64,000 nt of DNA from Elusimicrobiota bacterium (GTDB lineage: Bacteria; Elusimicrobiota; Elusimicrobia; F11), in the NCBI GenBank assembly GCA_044221725.1, contig JBGAON010000002.1, forward strand, positions 512,001 through 576,000, given 5' to 3'. Position numbers and translations under genes: made by a program. Positions 32,846 through 42,800 of the stretch are shown piece by piece. Under the pieces are notes generated by a model. That model ran no database searches, was not told the DNA's origin, and was given only the letters and a program-made list of their open reading frames with translations. Every line of letters begins with the position of its first letter. Position 1 is the first letter of the stretch.

Positions 32846-35470
32846 ATGAATATCCGTCAATCTTTTCTTGATTTCTTCAAAAGCAAGGGTCACACCGTTG
32901 TACCGTCCGATTCGCTCGTGCCGTCGAGCGACCCGACTCTTCTGTTTACCTCCGCCGGCATGGTGCAATTCAAAGCGCACTTCCTGCAGCAGATTCCGCT
33001 GACGTTCACGCGCGCGGCGTCGAGCCAACGGTGCCTGCGCACAACCGATATTGAATCGGTGGGCCTCACGGCGCGGCATCTGACGTTTTTCGAAATGCTC
33101 GGCAACTTTTCGTTCGGAGACTATTTCAAACAAGATGCGATCGCCTGGGGTTGGGAATTTCTCACAAAAGAGTTGGCGCTCGAGAAAGACCGTCTGTGGA
33201 TTTCGGTTTATAAAGATGACACGGAAGCCGAAAACATATGGAAAAAACTTGTTCCGGCCAATCGCATCAAACGCATGGGCGAAGAATCGAATTTCTGGAC
33301 CATGGGACCAACCGGCCCCTGCGGACCGTGCTCGGAAATTTATTGGGACAAAGAAGGAAAGAAAGATGGCCGGGAGCTGGATGAGTCCGACCGTTTTATG
33401 GAAGTGTGGAACCTTGTGTTCACACAATTCGATCGGCAGGCCGATGGAAAGCTGTTACCGCTGCCAAAGAAGAACATTGATACCGGAATGGGACTTGAAC
33501 GCCTCGTGTCCGTCGTCGAAAACGCGTCAACCAATTTCGACACGTCACTGTTAAGTCCGTTGATTAAATTCGGCGAATCAACCTTCGCCTACAAATACGG
33601 CAGCGACAGAAAGAAAGATATTTCCATGCGCATCATCGCTGATCATTTGCGGGCCGTGACATTCTTATTTTTTGATGGCATCTTGCCGTCGAACGAAGGA
33701 CGCGGTTATGTTTTGCGCAGGCTGTTGCGTCGCGCCACGCGCCAAGGAACGTTGTTCGGCAAAAAAGAGCCGTTCCTTTACAAAGGAGTGAACGTGGTGA
33801 CCGACCTCATGAAAGCCACCGCGCCCGATCTCGTCTCGCGCCAAGAAAATATCGCGCTGCTGTTGCGCCAAGAAGAAGAACGCTTTCATGAAACCTTGGA
33901 GACGGGACTCGAGAAGTTTAAAGATTTGTTGCAGAACGCGAAAGGATCCAAAGTCCTTTCGGGAAAGGACGCATTCCTCTTGTACGGAACTTATGGGTTT
34001 CCTGTGGAAGTGACGAAAGAAATGTTGAGCGAACAAGGCATGATGCTCGATGAAACCGGGTTCAAAAAAGCCGAAGAAGAAGCGCGCGATATTGCGCGCG
34101 AAGGCTGGAAGGGTTCCGGTCAACAAGACGTTACGATATACAACGAATTAAAAAAGAAACTGGGCACGACCCTATTCCGCGGATACGACACGTTGTCCGT
34201 CACGACAGCAATTAAAGCGCTGTTGAAAGACGGAAAAGCGATCGACACGTTAAAGGCCGGAGAGGAAGGCGATGTCATCCTATCGGAAACTCCGTTTTAT
34301 CCGGAAGGCGGCGGACAGGTGGGCGATAAAGGGTGGATCAAATCCACTTCGGGCGATGAACTGGCGCAGGTTCTCGATGCACAAAAACCCGTGCCAGACA
34401 TGGTCGTTCACATTGTGAAAGCGAAAAAAGATTTAAAGGTTGGCGACAAAGTTGAATTCGTTGTCGATAAAAACCATCGCGAGCCCACGAAGCGCCATCA
34501 CACGGCCACGCACTTGTTGCACGCGGCCCTGCGAAAGGTAATTGGCAAGACAGTCACGCAAGCGGGTTCGCTCGTGGAACCGGCGCGTTTGCGGTTCGAC
34601 TACACGCACAGCAAGCCGCTCACGCCCGAGCAAATTCGCGATATCGAAAACGTTGTGAACGACATTGTTCTGCAGAATTTAAAAGTGACTCCGAAAGTTT
34701 TCCCAGCCGAACAAGCCAAAAAGATGGGCGCCATGGCACTCTTCGGAGAGAAATATGGAAACGAAGTGCGTTGCTTGCTCGTGTCCGGAAAAGGTTTTGA
34801 AGATTACGCCGATGCGTTCAGTTTGGAATTGTGCGGCGGCACGCACGTGTCAGCGACCGGCGACATCGGCACCGTTAAAATTGTGAGCGATTCATCGGTG
34901 GCGGCGGGTGTTCGCCGAATGGAGGCCGTGGCAGGGCTCCGTACCATCGATTATCTGCGCGATCAAGAAAGAGGGTTGCAGACAATCGCCGATGCACTGA
35001 AATCGTCTCCCGAAGAAGCCGGTCAACGCGTGAACAAACTTTTGGATCGGCAAAAACAATTGGAACAGGAAGTCCGCGACCTAAAACTAAAGCTCGCTCA
35101 AGGCGGCGGGGGACAATCCAACGCTCCGGCAACGCAGTCGGTGAACGGCACCAATCTTGCCGTAAAGGTTGCCGACGGTCTTGATGTGAAAGAGCTGCGC
35201 ACGCTTGCGGATCGACTAAAAGATCAGATCAAGTCCGGCGTCGTTTTCGCGGCAACGAAGATTGTCGATGAACAGAAAGAAAAGGTCTCTTTCGTTTTTG
35301 CGGTAACCCCCGATCTAAAACCGAAAGGCATTGATGCGGGCAAGCTCGCCAAAGCCGCGGCAGCCGAACTCGGCGGTTCCGGCGGCGGCCGCCCCGACTT
35401 CGCGCAAGGCGGCGGAGAAGGTTTCGAAAAACTGAGCAAGCTCGTCGAAAAAATTCCTACTTTTCTTTAG
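32846..35470 (+). CDS. alaS: Alanine--tRNA ligase
   Basis: DPTLLFT.AGM, DTGMGLER, HTATHLL, ELCGGTH and GGGRPDFAQGG motifs. Confidence 0.97.
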   Translation: MNIRQSFLDFFKSKGHTVVPSDSLVPSSDPTLLFTSAGMVQFKAHFLQQIPLTFTRAASSQRCLRTTDIESVGLTARHLTFFEMLGNFSFGDYFKQDAIAWGWEFLTKELALEKDRLWISVYKDDTEAENIWKKLVPANRIKRMGEESNFWTMGPTGPCGPCSEIYWDKEGKKDGRELDESDRFMEVWNLVFTQFDRQADGKLLPLPKKNIDTGMGLERLVSVVENASTNFDTSLLSPLIKFGESTFAYKYGSDRKKDISMRIIADHLRAVTFLFFDGILPSNEGRGYVLRRLLRRATRQGTLFGKKEPFLYKGVNVVTDLMKATAPDLVSRQENIALLLRQEEERFHETLETGLEKFKDLLQNAKGSKVLSGKDAFLLYGTYGFPVEVTKEMLSEQGMMLDETGFKKAEEEARDIAREGWKGSGQQDVTIYNELKKKLGTTLFRGYDTLSVTTAIKALLKDGKAIDTLKAGEEGDVILSETPFYPEGGGQVGDKGWIKSTSGDELAQVLDAQKPVPDMVVHIVKAKKDLKVGDKVEFVVDKNHREPTKRHHTATHLLHAALRKVIGKTVTQAGSLVEPARLRFDYTHSKPLTPEQIRDIENVVNDIVLQNLKVTPKVFPAEQAKKMGAMALFGEKYGNEVRCLLVSGKGFEDYADAFSLELCGGTHVSATGDIGTVKIVSDSSVAAGVRRMEAVAGLRTIDYLRDQERGLQTIADALKSSPEEAGQRVNKLLDRQKQLEQEVRDLKLKLAQGGGGQSNAPATQSVNGTNLAVKVADGLDVKELRTLADRLKDQIKSGVVFAATKIVDEQKEKVSFVFAVTPDLKPKGIDAGKLAKAAAAELGGSGGGRPDFAQGGGEGFEKLSKLVEKIPTFL

Positions 35471-35480
35471 TCGCAATTTC

Positions 35481-35557
35481 GTCCTCCTGACAAGTCTCAG
35501 CCAAGATCATTTTACCGACGGTAATGTGGGCCCTGGATAAAAACATTCCAGGGCGAC
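35481..35557. repeat. Degenerate palindromic element family A after alaS
   Basis: Left arm GTCCTCCTGAC...GCCAAGATC; right arm TGGGCCCTGGATAAAAACATTCCAGGGCGAC. Confidence 0.7.
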
Positions 35558-35801
35558 GACCACTGGATTTGTGCTCGAAAGCCTACTTTCTTCCCTAAAT
35601 AAAACCTTAAAACGCCTCGATAAATCAGCTCGTTTCCCGACCTAAGTTGGTGTTTGTCTTCGTCCTGCGGCAAGTTTCTTCCGTCTATATTCTTTAAATC
35701 ACTTCTTTGTCACGACTCTTCTCTACGCTATGAACATGTAGCGCAACCGCTCAACGGTGACGAGCTACAAGAATGCATCGAGTTATCGAGGAGACTCGAT
35801 T

Positions 35802-36395
35802 ATGAATACCCACTGCAACCTGAAGTCGGCGTGGAGATCCTATGTTTATTCGGCCATGCTTATATTGAGCGTTGGGAGTAAGATTCATGCTGGCTATCCA
35901 ACGCCGTCTTCGTATCAACCATCGTCGGGCAGCAGCGACTCTGGATCAACAACGAACCTTGATTCGTTGAGCATGGGTTCCCGATATGATCCATCGGGAA
36001 GCGAATACTCTCCAGATGGCGGTGCCGCAGAGGGCGGCGTCGACGGCCAAATGAACCCGACCCCGGACTGTGAAGGGATGAGGCGGAAAATTCAAAAACT
36101 TAATCAAGACAGAGCCTTTTATCGTTCACTTATGGATGAGTTAATAAAAGAGCGCAACGAGCTGGAAGATGCACTCGCAGACTATAAGGCGGCCGTCAAT
36201 GATTCCAAGAGTAGCCCTCAAGCAAAACAACAATATGAAGAGCAAATTGCAAGGACGGAAGGCGAAATTGCAGCCTTAACCAAACGGATTGATGCCGCTA
36301 GCGACAAAATATATTCGGAGGATCCTCCGGGTATCGATAAGCAATTAGCAATTGAGAATGAAAAATACGCGCGACTCTGCCCTCAAGGGCACTAA
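35802..36395 (+). CDS. Hypothetical exported coiled-coil protein with two flanking Cys
   Basis: GAGGAG RBS before ATG 35802, signal-like hydrophobic stretch, Ser/Gly linker, heptad-rich region and its own terminator. Confidence 0.65.
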   Translation: MNTHCNLKSAWRSYVYSAMLILSVGSKIHAGYPTPSSYQPSSGSSDSGSTTNLDSLSMGSRYDPSGSEYSPDGGAAEGGVDGQMNPTPDCEGMRRKIQKLNQDRAFYRSLMDELIKERNELEDALADYKAAVNDSKSSPQAKQQYEEQIARTEGEIAALTKRIDAASDKIYSEDPPGIDKQLAIENEKYARLCPQGH

Positions 36396-36434
36396 CACCC
36401 ACGCCAAAAGTTAAGCCACACGGGATTTAAATTC

Positions 36435-36468
36435 AGCGGCCTCCTTCGATCGAAGGGGGCCGCTTTTT
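36435..36468 (+). terminator. Intrinsic terminator
   Basis: AGCGGCCTCCTTCG-AT-CGAAGGGGGCCGCT followed by TTTT. Confidence 0.75.
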
Positions 36469-36502
36469 CGTGATACAATGCCCGACGTTACCGATGAATA
36501 TT

Positions 36503-36574
36503 GTGCTCGTGGTGAAATGGATATCATTAAGCCCTCCGAAGGCTTCGTTCTGGGTTCGAGTCCCAGCGAGCACG
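36503..36574 (+). tRNA. tRNA-Arg(CCG), CCA end not encoded
   Basis: Acceptor GTGCTCG/CGAGCAC, D-arm GTGA/TCAT, anticodon arm AAGCC-CTCCGAA-GGCTT, T-arm CTGGG-TTCGAGT-CCCAG; followed by CCC. Confidence 0.92.
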
Positions 36575-36581
36575 CCCAAGC

Positions 36582-36670
36582 CGTCATTCCCGCGAAAGCG
36601 GGAATCCAGGTTTCAAACTATTTTTAGAATCACGTTTACGAACTGGATTCCCGCTTTCGCGGGAATGACG
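36582..36670. repeat. Palindromic element family B (dRS3-like ATTCCC-N8-GGGAAT dimer)
   Basis: Perfect 28-bp inverted repeat CGTCATTCCCGCGAAAGCGGGAATCCAG (36582-36609 / 36643-36670). Confidence 0.9.
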
Positions 36671-37753
36671 ACTGTACTTTCTTTAATTGCTTGTTCAAAC
36701 CTTTCCGCCGCTCCCCGAAGCAACCTGTTGCTGTCCCACAAATCGAAAGTCTGGCGCGTTGAAGCGTCGGGGGTGGCCGAGTCATTGGGGGTGGAGTTTG
36801 AAGGGGGGAACGATGTCGATCATCAAGGCACATCGTCGCCGGTCGTTTCGCCCGATCAAACGTTGTTGGCCTACACAAAAGCGAATGATTTGTGGGTGAT
36901 GAATCTTGCGGATCAGTCGTCGAGTCGGCTCACCAAATACGGACGCGCCGAAACCGCGAACACGACCAGTGTTTATGTTTTGATCTCGGCGTGGTCCTCC
37001 GATAGCCGCCAAATTCTTTATTACGTCTCACATTCCGATGAGGATACGCTCGATGACAGCCAAGCGACACTCGATATTCCGTCAGCACCGTATGGATATC
37101 GCGTTTACGATGTTCTCACGAAAACCAACACGGCGATAAAATTCCCGGGAGAATTTCAGATATGGCTACCCGATGGAAGTTTTCTTTTGACATCGGCCGA
37201 AACCGATTTGTTTGACCAACATCTGTTGCGTTACCACGTGGGCGAAGATTTGCCCCAGCTCGTGACGAATCTACGCGGATGGTGGGGGCAAACCAGCGTG
37301 AGCCCCGACGCGCGCACGCTGCTCATTGCGTTCAGCCAACCGGTACCGTCATCAAAAGACATCAACATGAGCACGGATATTGGCGACACGCCGCAACTCT
37401 CAAGCCGAATTCTCAAATACAATCTGCGCACGGCGAACTTCGTTAACGTGTCGCCGGTTGGGTTCTGGTCCGAATATCAAATGCCAAGCTATTCACCGTC
37501 GGGCAAACGCATCGCGTACGTGCAGCAAAGCGAAATGGACAGCGCCGGTTTTGTGCACGGAAAACTTATCATCGATGGAAAACCCGTGATCGATTTGCCA
37601 CACGCGCCGTTCGAATATTATTGGATCGATGACAACACGCTGACGACCGTTGAAGACGACACGTTGCTCGTCATAAATGCGAACACGGGCCGGGAACTCG
37701 GCCACACGCATCTCGCGGCCGACGAACCGACGCTCACGGCCTCGCCGAAGTGA
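36665..37753 (+). CDS. Exported TolB-like (PD40) beta-propeller protein
   Basis: Repeated SPD/WSSD/WLPDG/SPSG...IAY blade motifs; the upstream ORF extension overlaps the tRNA, so ATG 36665 was chosen. Confidence 0.7.
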   Translation: MTTVLSLIACSNLSAAPRSNLLLSHKSKVWRVEASGVAESLGVEFEGGNDVDHQGTSSPVVSPDQTLLAYTKANDLWVMNLADQSSSRLTKYGRAETANTTSVYVLISAWSSDSRQILYYVSHSDEDTLDDSQATLDIPSAPYGYRVYDVLTKTNTAIKFPGEFQIWLPDGSFLLTSAETDLFDQHLLRYHVGEDLPQLVTNLRGWWGQTSVSPDARTLLIAFSQPVPSSKDINMSTDIGDTPQLSSRILKYNLRTANFVNVSPVGFWSEYQMPSYSPSGKRIAYVQQSEMDSAGFVHGKLIIDGKPVIDLPHAPFEYYWIDDNTLTTVEDDTLLVINANTGRELGHTHLAADEPTLTASPK

Positions 37754-37793
37754 TCCCTTTCCAAATTAAAAGCGTAAGTTATAATCCGCACTT

Positions 37794-38813
37794 ATGATTA
37801 TTGGACTCACGGGGCGGAATGCCTCAGGCAAAGGCGAGGTCGCTAACTATTTAAAAGAACGCGGCTTCACGTTTTATTCGCTGTCAGACGTTCTGCGTGA
37901 AGAACTGAAAAAGAAAAAGAAACCGGTCACGCGCACGAATCTCATTTGGCTGGGAAACAAACTGCGCGATGAGAAAGGCCCGTCGGTTCTTGCCGACAGT
38001 ATTCTCTGCCGTTTGCAAGATGATCATCACTACGTGATCGATTCGTTCCGCAATCCCGAAGAAGTGAAAGCATTCCGCCGCACCAAAGGAAAGGACTTCG
38101 TGCTCATTTCTGTAGAAGCATCACAGCGCCAACGGTTCGAACGGCTTCTCTCGAGAAACCGCGAAGCCGACGCAAAAACGTTTGAAGAATTTGTTCGTCA
38201 TGAAAACAAAGAGCTTCATAGTTCCGAACCCACCAAACAGAACCTAATCGCGTGCGCGGCCCTTGCCGATCATCATTTGCCGAACAATGGCACGCTTGAG
38301 GCGCTGCACAAACGGCTCAATTCCTTTTTCGCGAATCTGCTGATGCACGCGCCGCGTCCTGGATGGGACGAATATTTTATGCGCATCGCGCGCGTGGTTG
38401 CGTCGCGTTCGAATTGCATGAAACGAAAAGTTGCCGCGCTCATCGTGAAAGATGGCCGCATTATTTCAACCGGATACAACGGCACCCCGCGCGGCACCAT
38501 CAACTGCAACGAAGGGGGCTGCCCGCGTTGCAACGCGTTTAAACCCAGCGGACAAGGCCTTTCCGAATGTTATTGCTCGCACGCAGAGGAAAACGCGATT
38601 GTGCAAGCGTCCTATCACGGTATCGGCATTAAAGGCGCCACACTTTATTCGACCTTCTCGCCGTGCCTCATTTGCACGAAAATGATTATCAACTCGGGTA
38701 TCGCTGAAGTCGTGTACAACGAGGCTTACCCCCTCGGCCAGGAAGCATTGGCGCTGCTCAAGAAGCCGCACATCCGCGTTCGAAAATTTGTTTCGACACC
38801 GCTCGACGTGTAA
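37794..38813 (+). CDS. P-loop nucleotide kinase-like domain fused to dCMP deaminase
   Basis: GLTGRNASGKG P-loop and DSFR; C-terminal WDEYF, GYNG.P.G, HAEEN and PCLIC. Confidence 0.85.
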   Translation: MIIGLTGRNASGKGEVANYLKERGFTFYSLSDVLREELKKKKKPVTRTNLIWLGNKLRDEKGPSVLADSILCRLQDDHHYVIDSFRNPEEVKAFRRTKGKDFVLISVEASQRQRFERLLSRNREADAKTFEEFVRHENKELHSSEPTKQNLIACAALADHHLPNNGTLEALHKRLNSFFANLLMHAPRPGWDEYFMRIARVVASRSNCMKRKVAALIVKDGRIISTGYNGTPRGTINCNEGGCPRCNAFKPSGQGLSECYCSHAEENAIVQASYHGIGIKGATLYSTFSPCLICTKMIINSGIAEVVYNEAYPLGQEALALLKKPHIRVRKFVSTPLDV

Positions 38814-38816
38814 GGA

Positions 38817-39353
38817 ATGAAGAAAGCGCTCTTCGCACTGCTGCTCGTCACTGCCGCCCCCGCCGCTCACGCCGCCTTTTACGAAGAAGAACCGAGAATA
38901 TCGACCGAACCCGTTGGATCTCCGTTTTATCGTCACCTCGCGTTCGAACGCAAGGTCGATTTATTGGAACTGGAAAAGTTTGAAAAGCACGGCTTCACGC
39001 GAACCGAAGTCTGCACAATTGTTTTGCTCTCGAGCGCCACGCATGTGCCGATGAAAACCTATGGGAAACGGCGGCTCAAAGAAAAAATCTCCTATGAGAA
39101 ACTGGCCACCGAAGCGCACATCGATTACAGCAAGCTGCGCGAAGACGCGCACGCACTGAAACTTAAGATTGAAGCGATGGGCAGCGACAATTTGCCGCCA
39201 CCGGTTTACGAACCAACACCCGCGCCAACGCCGTCCCCAACCCCGGAACCGCCCAGTTCGAAGAAAGAAAAGAAGAATCAGAAGAAGGAAAAACCGCGGC
39301 AAGAAGAGAAAAGCAGTTCGGACGCGGAACCTGTTCCATCGGAGTTTCAATGA
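38817..39353 (+). CDS. Hypothetical exported protein
   Basis: Signal peptide ending AHA; Pro/Lys-rich tail; coupled to neighbouring genes. Confidence 0.65.
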   Translation: MKKALFALLLVTAAPAAHAAFYEEEPRISTEPVGSPFYRHLAFERKVDLLELEKFEKHGFTRTEVCTIVLLSSATHVPMKTYGKRRLKEKISYEKLATEAHIDYSKLREDAHALKLKIEAMGSDNLPPPVYEPTPAPTPSPTPEPPSSKKEKKNQKKEKPRQEEKSSSDAEPVPSEFQ

Positions 39354-40264
39354 AACTTGATCGCTTAAAACCAATTCATATTCTCATCGGGTTGCACGCA
39401 GCACTGCTGCTGCTCGCGATTGGCGTCATCGTTCGCCAAAAAGGGCGCGCGCCGCTCACGAAAGAAAAGATTGCGCTCGTGGCGATTGATGGGGAAATCT
39501 CCGGTGAGAAAGCGGGTATGGAACGCGGTGTCTCCGTGGGCGACATTGTGGATGCGATCAATGAATTCCGCGACGACGATGCGGTCAAAGCGATGGTGCT
39601 GCGCATCAATTCGCCCGGCGGTTCTGTCGGTGCCGTTCAGGAAATTTACTCGGCGCTCAAAAAATTTCGCGCCAAAAACAAAGTAATTGTTGCGTCCTTT
39701 GGAGATGTGGCGGCCTCCGGCGGGTATTATTTGTCGTGCGCGAGCACAAAAATTGTTTCGGAACCGGGCACGCTCACCGGCTCGATCGGCGTTATCATGG
39801 AAATTCCAAACGTGCAGGGATTGCTCGGGAAAATTGGTATTTCGATGCAAGCGCTTAAGTCTGGTTCCATGAAAGACGCGGGCTCGCCCTTCCGTTCAAT
39901 GACCGACGTCGAAACCGCGTATTTTCAGAAAGTGATCATAGACGCATACGACCAGTTTTTTGCGGCGGTCAAAGAAGGCCGCGCGATGAGCGATGAAACC
40001 CTGCGCCCACTCGCCGATGGGAGAATCTTTACTGGTCGCGATGCCAAAGAAAAACAGCTCGTGGATCAGATTGGAGACCTCGAAGACGCCACCGAACTCG
40101 CGAAGGAGCTCGCTGGCCTCAAGGATAAAAATCCCGAAATTCTTACCTACCATGAAAAAGCATCGTTGGCGCGATTGCTGGATTTGTTTTCGCGTTCGCC
40201 GCTTGGCGACTTAACCGCGGTCGCGAAGCGCGGCAAGATGCGCCTTTGTTATTTGCTGAGCTAA
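39350..40264 (+). CDS. sppA: Signal peptide peptidase SppA (36K type, S49)
   Basis: RINSPGGS, AASGGYY and TGSIGV motifs. Confidence 0.9.
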   Translation: MKLDRLKPIHILIGLHAALLLLAIGVIVRQKGRAPLTKEKIALVAIDGEISGEKAGMERGVSVGDIVDAINEFRDDDAVKAMVLRINSPGGSVGAVQEIYSALKKFRAKNKVIVASFGDVAASGGYYLSCASTKIVSEPGTLTGSIGVIMEIPNVQGLLGKIGISMQALKSGSMKDAGSPFRSMTDVETAYFQKVIIDAYDQFFAAVKEGRAMSDETLRPLADGRIFTGRDAKEKQLVDQIGDLEDATELAKELAGLKDKNPEILTYHEKASLARLLDLFSRSPLGDLTAVAKRGKMRLCYLLS

Positions 40265-40867
40265 ATGGATTTCGAACTACACTCTCCAACATCTCGGCCG
40301 GCATCGTTCAGCGAAAAATTCGAGCGTTTGCTGACGAATCGCGCGTGGGTTTGGCCACGCTGGACGGAAAGGCCGCCGCACGGTCTTGGTCTCGGGATTC
40401 TCTTCGTCGTTTGCGCCGAATTTGCGCTGACGTCCCATTTGCTGCGAATGGAAAACCTTTCGTGGTACGTTGTTCGTGACACCGGCATCGCCGCGCTTAT
40501 TCTGGCCTTCATCGAAGGAGCCTTGGCTCTCATCACAACGCAAGCCGCCACGGTTTTTGAAAAACAAGGAAGCACGCGAACACTTATGACGTTTTTTAAT
40601 CTCAGTCTCGTGCCACTGCTCGCGTATTTGCCGGTGACGCTCGTGCTTGTGATGAGCGGCGCGAATCCGACGTATCGGCTGATTTTTCTGTGCGTGTTTG
40701 TGGTGCAGGTGTTGCTGCGCTGGCAGGAAGCAATCGAACTCATTTACAAACTGTCCAAGACGCAAACGATGATTCTTCTCTACATCCTCTCCGCGGTGAC
40801 GTTCGTCACACTGCTTATTGGCTCCTACATTTTCCTATTTGGAAAATTGGCCGACCTGCTTTCCTAG
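40265..40867 (+). CDS. Hypothetical membrane protein (Yip1-like topology)
   Basis: About five hydrophobic helices; abuts sppA. Confidence 0.55.
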   Translation: MDFELHSPTSRPASFSEKFERLLTNRAWVWPRWTERPPHGLGLGILFVVCAEFALTSHLLRMENLSWYVVRDTGIAALILAFIEGALALITTQAATVFEKQGSTRTLMTFFNLSLVPLLAYLPVTLVLVMSGANPTYRLIFLCVFVVQVLLRWQEAIELIYKLSKTQTMILLYILSAVTFVTLLIGSYIFLFGKLADLLS

Positions 40868-42762
40868 TCTCGTCCAAGCACTTTCCGGTCGTACCACTCC
40901 ACAAACATCAGCAGCGTCCACAAACGGCGCGCGAGATTCGTTTTCCGTTTCAGATGTTGGTCGAGCAATTGAATCGGATATTCCGGGTTTAAATAGGGGT
41001 TTGCTTTCAGTCGCGCCGGAGAGAATTTGTGGCGGGCCCATTCGAGCAAGTCGCCGGTCAACCATTTGGCCATGGGCGGAGAGAATCCCTTCTTCGCGCC
41101 CGACGTTATGTAGTCCGGCAGGCGCCCTTTCATGAGGCGGCGGATTAAATATTTCGTTGTCCAACCTTTAATCTTGTAATGCATGGGAATTTCGGCAGCA
41201 AATTCCACAATGCGGTGATCGAGAAAGGGCGGGCGCACCTCGAGCGAGTGCGCCATGCTGAGCCGGTCTACTTTAACCAAGAATTCATCCAACAAATGCG
41301 TGTTTTGATCGACGTACAAAAATTTCTCAAGACCGCTGCGACCATCCGCTTCCTGAAACGCCTTCACGTAACTTTCGCCGAGCGCGTGCTCGCGCGTCTG
41401 TTCCCAGAAAGCCGGCGAATACAAATCGCGCTTCACGTCTTTTGAAAAGATTTCGGTCCAACCAAAATGTTCGAGCGGAGACGGCCGATCGGATACGGCC
41501 ACGAATGCTTTCGCTTTGTAATCCAAGCTAATGCGGCCGTGCGACACCGGCAAGCTTTTTACAAGCGGCTCAATCAAATGCCGCCGCATCAGCTGTGGCA
41601 CGGCCTGATAAACCTGCGCGGCGCGATCGGCGATATACGTCGGATACCCTCCGAACAGTTCATCGCCGCCATCACCCGACAGCGCTACGGTCATTTTCTC
41701 CCGGGCCATCTTGGTGAGAAAATACGTCGGAATCATCGAATCGTCGCCGAACGGTTCATCGAAAATATCGATAAGGGGTGGGATTATTTCAAGAATGTGC
41801 GGCGACACTTCTTTTTCGATGTGATGGGTGCCCAAAAATTTCGCGACGCCTTTGGCTTCTTCCCGTTCCGAAAAAGACTTCTCGGCAAAATAAATATTGA
41901 ACGTCATGAGATCGGGCTTGTGTTTTTTCGCGTAGTAGGAAATTGTGGGAGAATCGACACCGCCCGAGAGAAAGGTTCCGAGCGGAACATCCGAAACCAT
42001 TTGCGCGCGCACCGCGTCGGCCAAGAGCGCATCGGTTTTCTCAAGGTAATAGCCCAAACCTTTGTCGGGGCCCGGCTGCGGCGTGAAATTCCAATATTTC
42101 TTGAACGAGACGCGGCCGTTCTCCCAGAGGAGAAGCGTTGCCGGCTCAAGTTTGCGGATCGATTTATAAATTGAACGCGGCGTGGGAATGTAACGCAGCG
42201 AAAGGAAATCGTCGACCGCGAACGGATCAATATCGCGCGGAACGCTTGGATCGGCGAGCAACGCCTTGATTTCGGATCCAAACACGAGTTTGTTTGGAAG
42301 CACCGCATAATAAAGAGGCTTTATACCCATCCGGTCGCGCGCGATCAGTAGTCGCTGGCGCCTTTTGTCCCACAACGCAAACGCGAACATGCCGTTCAGT
42401 TTTGCGGGCATCTCGTCGCCCCACACTTCGTAGCCGTGGACAAGCACTTCGGTGTCCGAATGCGTGCGGAACGTGTGGCCTTTGGCAACGAGTTCGGAAC
42501 GCAATTCTTGGAAATTGTAGGTTTCGCCGTTGTACACGACAACGACACTTCCGTCTTCGTTTTCGATTGGTTGTTTGCCGGTCGATAAATCAATAATCGA
42601 CAAGCGTCGCATCGCAAGGCCGACATCGCCGCCGGGGAACGCGCCAAAGAAATGGCCATCTTGATCGGGTCCGCGGTGCGTGAGCGTTTTGTTCATGCGC
42701 TCGACGAGCGAGCGGTCAACGCTCGCACCGTTCCACGTCAGCTCACCACAAATCCCACACAT
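40864..42762 (-). CDS. asnB: Asparagine synthase (glutamine-hydrolysing) family amidotransferase
   Basis: MCGI N-terminus, HRGPD, RRLSIID, LSGGVDS and SGDGGDELFGGY motifs. Confidence 0.92.
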   Translation of the reverse strand: MCGICGELTWNGASVDRSLVERMNKTLTHRGPDQDGHFFGAFPGGDVGLAMRRLSIIDLSTGKQPIENEDGSVVVVYNGETYNFQELRSELVAKGHTFRTHSDTEVLVHGYEVWGDEMPAKLNGMFAFALWDKRRQRLLIARDRMGIKPLYYAVLPNKLVFGSEIKALLADPSVPRDIDPFAVDDFLSLRYIPTPRSIYKSIRKLEPATLLLWENGRVSFKKYWNFTPQPGPDKGLGYYLEKTDALLADAVRAQMVSDVPLGTFLSGGVDSPTISYYAKKHKPDLMTFNIYFAEKSFSEREEAKGVAKFLGTHHIEKEVSPHILEIIPPLIDIFDEPFGDDSMIPTYFLTKMAREKMTVALSGDGGDELFGGYPTYIADRAAQVYQAVPQLMRRHLIEPLVKSLPVSHGRISLDYKAKAFVAVSDRPSPLEHFGWTEIFSKDVKRDLYSPAFWEQTREHALGESYVKAFQEADGRSGLEKFLYVDQNTHLLDEFLVKVDRLSMAHSLEVRPPFLDHRIVEFAAEIPMHYKIKGWTTKYLIRRLMKGRLPDYITSGAKKGFSPPMAKWLTGDLLEWARHKFSPARLKANPYLNPEYPIQLLDQHLKRKTNLARRLWTLLMFVEWYDRKVLGRD

Positions 42763-42800
42763 GTGTTTTATTTAGCAAAATATCGAAGACAGCTGTCACT

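Noticed and set aside
36470..36664. N-terminal 65 codons of the 427-aa ORF in the track
   Set aside because: They overlap a well-formed tRNA-Arg and a palindrome, so this is most likely fortuitous read-through.
35560..37753. Prophage or integrative island at tRNA-Arg
   Set aside because: No integrase, no phage genes and no duplicated tRNA 3' end were seen.
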